NCBI GenBank assembly: GCA_030649345.1
Contig: JAUSKK010000043.1
Span: 1 to 8,836, forward strand
DNA from: Candidatus Iainarchaeum sp.
GTDB lineage: Archaea > Iainarchaeota > Iainarchaeia > Iainarchaeales > 0-14-0-20-34-12
Direction: 5' to 3'
Length of the DNA stretch: 8,836 nucleotides
The stretch's first letter is position 1. Every line of letters begins with the position of its first letter. Shown here one piece after another: positions 1 through 5,266 of the stretch. Below the pieces are notes generated by a model, which ran no database searches, was not told the DNA's origin, and saw only the letters and a program-made list of their open reading frames with translations. Both the position numbers and the translations under genes were made by a program.

Positions 1-1
1 A

Positions 2-268
2 AAAAAGATTGCAAAAAAAACATTAAATGTAATTGAACGAAAAAGATTACAACGAGAAGTGCGAAAAATTCAACTAGAGATTCGGGTACATTGGCTGCCG
101 GTTATTCGAAAAGAAGTAATTCGAGAACTAAAAAGACGAAAATTTAACAAAAAAACCATTTCAACCAGAGAAGTGTCTGAAATTGCCAGAAAATTCAAAC
201 GATATCCTAGAGATATTGGAATTGCTTTAAAGAACTTAGGGATCAAAATAGTAAAGTTAAAACGGTGA
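2..268 (+). CDS. 5'-partial ORF for a small Lys/Arg-rich protein, possibly DNA-binding (helix-turn-helix-like C-terminal half)
   Basis: The frame of the listed 59..268 ORF stays open to the window edge (KKIAKKTLNVIERKRLQRE precedes the GTG at 59). No SD-like motif precedes GTG 59, so the gene probably starts upstream of the window. The stop TGA at 266-268 overlaps the next start (GTGA). The segment ISTREVSEIARKFKRYPRDIGIALKNLGI looks HTH-like by eye only. Confidence 0.45.
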   Translation, partial: KKIAKKTLNVIERKRLQREVRKIQLEIRVHWLPVIRKEVIRELKRRKFNKKTISTREVSEIARKFKRYPRDIGIALKNLGIKIVKLKR

Positions 269-873
269 AAAAAATGGAAAAACCAAAAGCACGACTATTA
301 CGAAAAAGAGTATTGCCGATAGCTGAGCCTACGCGCGGAGAATTCAAAAAAGTTATGGAAGCTGGAAGACTCAGAAAACAATTGGGACAAGAACGAAAAG
401 GTTTGCGGGCCATGATTTCCAGTCAAGGATTGGAATTAACTTTGCAAAAATTAAAATTAGATGCGCAAGGAAGAAGAGCCTTGAATAGAATGTTAACTAG
501 AAAAAATCCAGGCTTAAAAGAAAGAGTGCATAAAGCATTAAGTAAACCCGGATATTTTTTGCCGGAAGTTTTTACAAAAATCAATGAAGAATTTGCAGAA
601 AAAGGAGTTATTATTCATAATGATGGAAAATTGCGGTTTATGACTGGAATGGAAACAGAAGTACAAGAAAGTTTGACACGAGAAATAGAAACACGAAGAC
701 AGCAGTTAACGAAAGATTTAGTCATAGAAGTTTTTTCTGGACTGGGAACGAAAATGATGGAAAAACCTCAAGCTTTTGAACGGTCAGAAATGAGAACAGC
801 TATTGTTACAAGCAAAACATTAACAGATTTAGTAACAAAAGTAAATCAAGTATTGGATCAACTACGAAGGTGA
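265..873 (+). CDS. Hypothetical basic protein (202 aa) with no family recognised
   Basis: This is a long ORF. Its GTG start at 265 overlaps the upstream stop, and ATG 274 is an in-frame alternative. It ends at a TGA embedded in the AGGTGA SD of the next gene. The N-terminus KPKARLLRKRVLPIA resembles the N-termini of the ORFs at 3718, 5267 and 8761. Confidence 0.6.
   Translation: MKKMEKPKARLLRKRVLPIAEPTRGEFKKVMEAGRLRKQLGQERKGLRAMISSQGLELTLQKLKLDAQGRRALNRMLTRKNPGLKERVHKALSKPGYFLPEVFTKINEEFAEKGVIIHNDGKLRFMTGMETEVQESLTREIETRRQQLTKDLVIEVFSGLGTKMMEKPQAFERSEMRTAIVTSKTLTDLVTKVNQVLDQLRR
868..873 (+). promoter_or_regulatory. Shine-Dalgarno-like AGGTGA for the HMG-CoA synthase gene
   Basis: AGGTGA lies 6 nt upstream of ATG 880 and directly abuts ATG 874. 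The same hexamer recurs at 1952-1957, 3136-3141 and 3948-3953, and GGTGAT occurs at 7518-7523, each 3-6 nt before a start. Confidence 0.6.
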
Positions 874-1938
874 ATGATTATGAGTGAAAAACAAAAGGCA
901 GGAATTGTTGCTTACGGGGTTTACATACCACGACTTAGAATTACAGTAGAAGAAATTGCACGCGTCTGGGAAAAAGACGGAAAACATGTAAGTGCAGGTT
1001 TGGGATTAAAAGAAAAAGCAGTGGGTGCCAGTGATGAAGATTCTGCCACTATTGCAGTGGAAGCTTCGAGAAGAGCTATTGAAGATTTTGGAATTACAGC
1101 TCAAAAAATTGGAGCAATCTATGTTGGTTCAGAAAGCCATCCGTATGCAGTCAAGCCAACTGCAACTATTGTAAGTGACGCATTGCAAGCAGGCCCAGAA
1201 GTAATGGCTGCAGATTTAGAATTTGCCTGCAAAGCTGGAACAGCTGGAGTGCAAATGTGTCTAGGCTTAGTCAAAAGCAAAATGATTGAATACGGTTTAA
1301 GTATTGGAGCAGATACTGCGCAAGGAAAACCAGGCGATGCTTTAGAATTCACAGCAGCTTCCGGTGGGGCGGCAATCATTATTGGAGATAAAGAAAATGA
1401 AATTATTGCAACCATAGATCATACTTGCAGTTATACTACAGACACTCCAGATTTTTGGAGACGACAACACGCAGAATATCCAGAACATGGGGGAAGATTC
1501 ACCGGAGAACCAGCTTACTTTAGACATGTTATTGGAGCAACTAAATTAATGTTCAAACAAACCAACACTAAAGCAGAAGACTATGATTATGTTGTATTCC
1601 ATCAACCGAATGGAAAATTTCCAGTTCAAGCAGCCAATATGTTGGGAATTGAATTCAAAAAAATTGAACAAGGATTAATCACACCCTATATTGGAAACAC
1701 ATATTCTGGTTCGAGTATGATTGGATTATGTTCTGTTTTAGATGTAGTTAAACCAGGACAAAGAATTTTAGTAACCAGTTATGGAAGCGGAGCAGGAAGC
1801 GATAGTTTTAGTTTAACGGTCACAGAAAATGCAGGAAAAAGAAAAGCAGATGTGCCAGTAAGAGAAATGGTGAATGAAAAAAGCTATATTGATTATGCTT
1901 TGTATGTCAAACACAGAGGAAAAATAAACAGAGGATAA
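874..1938 (+). CDS. Hydroxymethylglutaryl-CoA synthase, archaeal type
   Basis: The ORF is 354 aa. The N-terminus is GIVAYGVYIPRLRITVEEIARVW. It carries SESHPYAVKP (Glu), LEFACKAGT (nucleophilic Cys), VFHQPNGKF (His) and GNTYSGS, which match the HMGCS condensing-enzyme pattern. It is adjacent to the thiolase and DUF35 genes. SD spacing favours ATG 880 as the real start. Confidence 0.93.
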   Translation: MIMSEKQKAGIVAYGVYIPRLRITVEEIARVWEKDGKHVSAGLGLKEKAVGASDEDSATIAVEASRRAIEDFGITAQKIGAIYVGSESHPYAVKPTATIVSDALQAGPEVMAADLEFACKAGTAGVQMCLGLVKSKMIEYGLSIGADTAQGKPGDALEFTAASGGAAIIIGDKENEIIATIDHTCSYTTDTPDFWRRQHAEYPEHGGRFTGEPAYFRHVIGATKLMFKQTNTKAEDYDYVVFHQPNGKFPVQAANMLGIEFKKIEQGLITPYIGNTYSGSSMIGLCSVLDVVKPGQRILVTSYGSGAGSDSFSLTVTENAGKRKADVPVREMVNEKSYIDYALYVKHRGKINRG

Positions 1939-1962
1939 AAAAATATTTGAAAGGTGAAATGA

Positions 1963-3141
1963 ATGAGTAAACTTCGAAGAGTAGCAATGATTGGAGCAGG
2001 ATTAACTAAATTCGGAGAACATTGGAATTTAAGCTTCCGAGAACTCGGAACAGAAGCTGCCATTAAAGCTGTAGAAAATTCAAATATTGACGGAAAAGAA
2101 ATTGAAGCCATGTACATTGGATGTATGGCTTCTGGAAGATTTGTAGGCCAAGAACATATTGGAGCACTTGTAGCCGATCAACTTGGATTAAATCCAATTC
2201 CAAGCACTCGAGTTGAGGCTGCTTGTGCCAGCGGAGGATTGGCTTTGCGTACAGGATATTTAAGTATTGCCAGCGGAGAACACGACATTGTGGCTGTAGG
2301 CGGAATCGAAAAAATGACTGAAGTTACCACAGCAGAAGCAGGATTTGCCTTAGGTGGAGCCGGAGATCAAGAAACAGAATTATTTCACGGAGCAACTTTT
2401 CCTGCATTGTATGCTTTGTTAGCTAAAGTTCATATGAAACAATTTGGAACCACAGAAGAACAAATGGCTGCAGTGAGTGTCAAAAATCACAAAAATGCAG
2501 TTCACAATCCAATTGCTCAATTTCGAAAAGAAATATCCATAGAACAAGTCATGAAATCAGGATATGTTGCAACGCCTTTGAAATTATTGGATTGTTCTCC
2601 AATTTCAGACGGAGCTGCTGCAGTAATTTTAGCGGAAATTGGATTGGCTAAAAAATTATGCGAAAATCCAGTGGAAATTATTGGAAGCACGCATGCAACA
2701 GATTCTTTGGCTTTAACTGGAAGAAAAAGTTTAACAGAATTAAATGCAACCAAAGTTGCGAGTGCACAATTATTTCATCAAACAGGATTAACACCCAAAG
2801 ATATTGACATGGCTGAAGTACATGATTGTTTTAGTATTGCAGAAATTTTAGCCATAGAAGATATTGGATTTTTCAAAAAAGGACAAGGTGGACCAGCCAC
2901 AGAACAAGGAAAAACTGCCTTAGACGGAGAGATTGCAATTAATCCTTCCGGCGGCTTAAAAGGATGCGGTCATCCAGTGGGAGCTACAGGAGTCAAACAA
3001 GCCGCAGAAATGTTCCAGCAACTCAGAGGAGAAGCTGGAGGCAGGCAAGTCAAAGAAGCAGAAATTGGATTAACCCATAATGTAGGCGGCTCTGGGGCGA
3101 CCTGTGTTATGCATGCTTTTAGATTAATGGAAAATAGGTGA
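1963..3141 (+). CDS. Acetyl-CoA C-acetyltransferase (acetoacetyl-CoA thiolase), archaeal type
   Basis: The ORF is 392 aa. It carries VEAACASGG (acyl-Cys), GHPVGATG (His) and the C-terminal NVGGSGATCVMH. AGGTGA at 1952-1957 lies 5 nt before the ATG. The gene context is HMGCS and DUF35. Confidence 0.93.
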   Translation: MSKLRRVAMIGAGLTKFGEHWNLSFRELGTEAAIKAVENSNIDGKEIEAMYIGCMASGRFVGQEHIGALVADQLGLNPIPSTRVEAACASGGLALRTGYLSIASGEHDIVAVGGIEKMTEVTTAEAGFALGGAGDQETELFHGATFPALYALLAKVHMKQFGTTEEQMAAVSVKNHKNAVHNPIAQFRKEISIEQVMKSGYVATPLKLLDCSPISDGAAAVILAEIGLAKKLCENPVEIIGSTHATDSLALTGRKSLTELNATKVASAQLFHQTGLTPKDIDMAEVHDCFSIAEILAIEDIGFFKKGQGGPATEQGKTALDGEIAINPSGGLKGCGHPVGATGVKQAAEMFQQLRGEAGGRQVKEAEIGLTHNVGGSGATCVMHAFRLMENR

Positions 3142-3145
3142 AATT

Positions 3146-3258
3146 ATGATTTTGAATTTGAAAAATTTAAAAACTTATGAAAATTTTATAGATTTTCATA
3201 ATTATAAAATTCAACAGAATTTTATAACTTTTAAAATTCTTAGGGGGAATTTTGAATG
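3146..3258 (+). repeat. Copy 1 of a ~113-nt duplicated intergenic-like element
   Basis: By hand alignment to 4153-4266, 82 of the first 93 nt are identical. Perfect shared runs are GAAAATTTTATAGATTTTCA, AATTATAAAATTC and GAATTTTATAACTTTTAAAATT. Confidence 0.85.
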
Positions 3259-3259
3259 A
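3146..3259 (+). CDS. Candidate mini-ORF A (37 codons): MILNLKNLKTYENFIDFHNYKIQQNFITFKILRGNFE
   Basis: The ATG lies 4 nt after AGGTGA (3136-3141). The frame stays open for 37 codons in very AT-rich sequence. Its TGA overlaps the DUF35 start (ATGA at 3256-3259). A paralogous copy at 4153-4263 preserves the ATG, the frame and termination at the next start. It was not in the supplied ORF track because it is too short. Confidence 0.4.
   Translation: MILNLKNLKTYENFIDFHNYKIQQNFITFKILRGNFE
3202..3227. promoter_or_regulatory. Perfect palindrome TTATAAAATTC-AACA-GAATTTTATAA (11-bp arms, TATA-box-like arms)
   Basis: The arms are exact reverse complements. The second copy at 4209-4234 has identical arms but the loop is TGTT, the reverse complement of AACA. 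A second small inverted repeat, GAAAAT-TTTATAG-ATTTTC, lies at 3179-3197. Confidence 0.6.
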
Positions 3260-3705
3260 GTGATGGTTTAGCATTAAATTGGAGAAGAATTCCAGAAAGA
3301 TATGCAATGAAAGGAAATCATTGCACAAACTGCAAACAAGATTATTTTCCCAGCCGAATGATTTGCCCAAATTGCAGAAGAAAAGGACACTTGGTTTCCA
3401 AAGACATGCCTAGAATTGGAAAAATTGTCAGTTACACGAAAGTCATGGTCGGGCCTTCTGGTTTCGAAAATGAAGGAAATTATTATTTAGCCTTAATTGA
3501 TTTAGGTTCTGGAGCAAAAGTATTAAGTCAAATTGTAGATAGTGACGAACAAGACATTCATATTGGAGCTAGTGTCAAAAAAATGTTTCGAAAAATTGGA
3601 GAAGTAGAAGAAAAAGGAGCCATTACGTATGGATACAAATTCAAAGTAGTCAAACCTTTAACCGAAGACCAAGTGGAAGCATTGAAAGAAAAAAATAAAA
3701 AATAA
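3256..3705 (+). CDS. DUF35-family Zn-ribbon/OB-fold protein (partner of the archaeal thiolase/HMG-CoA synthase complex)
   Basis: The ORF is 149 aa. It has a CxxC-x10-CxxC zinc ribbon (C23, C26, C37, C40; nt 3322-3375) followed by a beta-rich OB-like segment (IVSYTKVMV, YYLALIDLGSGAKVLSQI, GASVKKMF). It has the conserved neighbourhood with thiolase and HMGCS. Confidence 0.88.
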   Translation: MSDGLALNWRRIPERYAMKGNHCTNCKQDYFPSRMICPNCRRKGHLVSKDMPRIGKIVSYTKVMVGPSGFENEGNYYLALIDLGSGAKVLSQIVDSDEQDIHIGASVKKMFRKIGEVEEKGAITYGYKFKVVKPLTEDQVEALKEKNKK

Positions 3706-3717
3706 GGAAGAAAACAT

Positions 3718-3915
3718 ATGCCAGCAGCTAGATTGCATACACAAAAAATACGGCGCATACGGCCAGCCAAAGAAAAAATATTTTTAGGCTTAAGCCCAAA
3801 AGAACAAGCCGCACGAAGAGCTAAAAGATTAGGCGTCAGACAAGGAAAAGAGTGGGAAGTAAATCGAGAACATAGACTAGCTGTTGTTACCAGAAGAAAC
3901 AGGATGAAAAAGTAA
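3718..3915 (+). CDS. Small Arg/Lys-rich protein (65 aa), family unknown
   Basis: The ATG lies 7 nt after GGAAG (3706-3710) and is tightly packed behind the DUF35 gene. Arg is encoded largely by CGN/AGA codons in an AT-rich context. The N-terminus MPAARLHTQKIRRIRPA aligns without gaps to residues 7-27 of the 265..873 ORF. Confidence 0.5.
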   Translation: MPAARLHTQKIRRIRPAKEKIFLGLSPKEQAARRAKRLGVRQGKEWEVNREHRLAVVTRRNRMKK

Positions 3916-4143
3916 TGCATAGTTTTTGAAAAAAACATAAAAAAAATAGGTGAATGCATAGAACGACGAAGAATTATTTTAAAGCAAGTAAAATTAGATA
4001 TTGCTGGAGCTCAAAGAGCCATTGCCAGAGAATTGGCTAGAAGAAGAGTACAAGAAAGACCTTTACCCATAGGATATACGCGTGTAGGAAAACCAGTATA
4101 TCCTGAACCAGAAAAAGGAAAAAAATTGGATAAAAAAGTTTGA
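3916..4143 (+). other. 75-codon stop-to-stop open frame lacking a canonical start; encodes an Arg-rich peptide (...IERRRIILKQVKLDIAGAQRAIARELARRRVQERPLPIGYTRVGKPVYPEPEKGKKLDKKV)
   Basis: It is in the same frame as 3718..3915 and separated from it only by the TAA at 3913-3915. AGGTGA at 3948-3953 suggests independent initiation, but the nearby ATG (3954) is in another frame that stops after 28 codons. The only in-frame candidates near the SD are ATA at 3958 or ATT at 3973. Confidence 0.3.
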
Positions 4144-4152
4144 GGAAAAAAC

Positions 4153-4263
4153 ATGATTTTAAAATTAAAAATTTTAAAAGCTTTTGAAAATTTTATAGAT
4201 TTTCACAATTATAAAATTCTGTTGAATTTTATAACTTTTAAAATTTCGGAGGCGAAATTTTAA
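4153..4263 (+). CDS. Candidate mini-ORF B (36 codons): MILKLKILKAFENFIDFHNYKILLNFITFKISEAKF
   Basis: The ATG lies 6 nt after GAGGA (4142-4146). The frame is open for 36 codons, and its TAA (4261-4263) directly abuts the kinase ATG at 4264. It shares 26 of 36 residues with mini-ORF A. Three of the nucleotide differences are silent (Leu3, Leu5, His18). Confidence 0.4.
   Translation: MILKLKILKAFENFIDFHNYKILLNFITFKISEAKF
4209..4234. promoter_or_regulatory. Perfect palindrome TTATAAAATTC-TGTT-GAATTTTATAA (loop flipped relative to 3202-3227)
   Basis: The arms are exact reverse complements and identical to copy 1. The loop is the reverse complement of the copy 1 loop. Confidence 0.6.
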
Positions 4264-5259
4264 ATGAAAAGTGTAAAAGCCAGTGCACCCGGAAGTTTAT
4301 TTTTTGCAGGAGAACATGCCGTAGTTTATAATTTACCAGCAATTGTAACTGCAGTAGGAAAACGAACCTATGTAACTGCAACTCAAAGATTAGATAATAA
4401 AATAATTATAATCTCAGACTCATTTGAAAACGCAGAAGCACAAATAGTTGGACAATCATTAATTAATCGAAAATTTGAAAAAATAGCTTTAGAACCTTTA
4501 TTGGATTTATGTGAAAAATGTGTCCAAGAATTTAAATTAACTCAAGGATTTGAATTAAACATTGAATCTGAAATTATGCCGGAATCTGGAATGAGTAGTT
4601 CTACGGCTGTTCTTTGTGCAATTTTGAAAGCATTGGATGGATTGCATAATTGGAATATTAGAGAAGAAAACTATTTTGATTTTTTATTGCCTTTTCAAGT
4701 AAAAATTCACGGCGGAAAAGCTTCAGGAGCAGAATTGGCCAGCAGTTCTATTGGAGGATTTAATTTAGTTCAAAAAATACAAATTGGAAATACCACAAAA
4801 TTAAACAGAACAAATTTGGGAAAAAAAGAATTTTGTATTGTTATTGGAAACACAAAAATTAGAAGTGCAACCGCATTGGCAGTACAGCATGTAGCTAACT
4901 TAAAACAAAGAAAACCAAAAAGTGTAGAAGAAGCTTTTGGAAAAATTGAAAAAATTGTAAAAGAAATGGAAAAAGCCATTGCAAAAGGAAATGAAATAAA
5001 AGTTGGAGAATTAATGAATGAAAACCAAAAATGGTTAACTGTACTTGGAGTCAGCCATCCTAAATTAGATGAATGCATTCAAACAGCTTTAGCTTACGGT
5101 GCTTTAGGAGCAAAGTTAAGTGGCGGCGGATGGGGTGGATGTATGTTTGCTTTAGTAAGAAAACAAGACCAAAACAAAATTGCCAATGCATTAAAAGAAT
5201 TAAATTGTGAAAGTATTGTAACTGAAATTGGAGTAGAAGGAGTTAGAATTGAAAAATAG
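4264..5259 (+). CDS. mvk: Mevalonate kinase family GHMP kinase (divergent)
   Basis: The ORF is 331 aa. It has APGSLFFAGEHAVVYNLPAIVTAV (the MVK-type N-terminal motif), the GHMP motif II PESGMSSSTAV, and motif III KLSGGGWGGCMFAL. GGAGG at 4248-4252 lies upstream. It sits within a mevalonate-pathway cluster. Confidence 0.85.
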   Translation: MKSVKASAPGSLFFAGEHAVVYNLPAIVTAVGKRTYVTATQRLDNKIIIISDSFENAEAQIVGQSLINRKFEKIALEPLLDLCEKCVQEFKLTQGFELNIESEIMPESGMSSSTAVLCAILKALDGLHNWNIREENYFDFLLPFQVKIHGGKASGAELASSSIGGFNLVQKIQIGNTTKLNRTNLGKKEFCIVIGNTKIRSATALAVQHVANLKQRKPKSVEEAFGKIEKIVKEMEKAIAKGNEIKVGELMNENQKWLTVLGVSHPKLDECIQTALAYGALGAKLSGGGWGGCMFALVRKQDQNKIANALKELNCESIVTEIGVEGVRIEK

Positions 5260-5266
5260 ATGAATT

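Larger units (their letters stand above)
4153..4266 (+). repeat. Copy 2 of the ~113-nt duplicated element
   Basis: See copy 1. It includes the small inverted repeat at 4186-4204 and the palindrome at 4209-4234. Confidence 0.85.

Noticed and set aside
874-879. ATG 874 as the HMG-CoA synthase start
   Set aside because: It directly abuts the AGGTGA motif with zero spacing. ATG 880 has a 6-nt spacer like the other starts in the window. The listed ORF coordinates are kept in the feature table, but the true start is probably 880. The evidence is weak and cannot be resolved without N-terminal data.
3202-3227. The palindrome read as a bacterial-type intrinsic terminator
   Set aside because: The stem is 10 A-T pairs plus one G-C pair, which is weak. 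It sits inside an SD-led open frame only ~30 nt before a gene start in a co-directional operon. The T-run after it is interrupted (TTTTATAACTTTTAAAATT). Some attenuator-like role is not excluded, but a simple terminator call is unsupported.
3167-3370. 67-aa minus-strand ORF spanning the repeat element and the DUF35 start; similarly 3558-3959 and 7404-7703 on the minus strand
   Set aside because: They overlap well-supported + strand genes or AT-rich spacers. Their peptides are low-complexity Phe/Ile/Asn/Lys strings expected from AT-rich DNA. The 3167-3370 frame is not preserved in the second copy of the element.
3718-3780. The Arg-rich N-termini (RR pairs) read as twin-arginine (Tat) or other secretion signals
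   Set aside because: No hydrophobic h-region or cleavage-site-like segment follows the basic stretch in any of the four ORFs. The basic character continues for tens of residues.
3913-3915. The in-frame TAA taken as evidence for stop-codon reassignment (an alternative genetic code)
   Set aside because: TAA terminates well-defined genes in this same window at family-typical lengths: HMGCS at 1936-1938, DUF35 at 3703-3705 and the decarboxylase at 8706-8708. TGA and TAG also terminate genes here, so the standard code fits.
3146-4266. The two ~113-nt repeats considered as a CRISPR array or as a MITE/IS element
   Set aside because: There are only two copies, ~1 kb apart and separated by genes. 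The repeats are far longer than CRISPR repeats, and no cas genes are present. I could identify no terminal inverted repeats at the element ends, no target-site duplication and no transposase. The internal palindrome is central, not terminal.
5260-5266. ATG at 5260 immediately after the kinase stop as an alternative start for the next gene
   Set aside because: It is in a different frame that terminates after roughly 35 codons. The frame starting at 5267 continues for 426 codons into a clear methyltransferase core.
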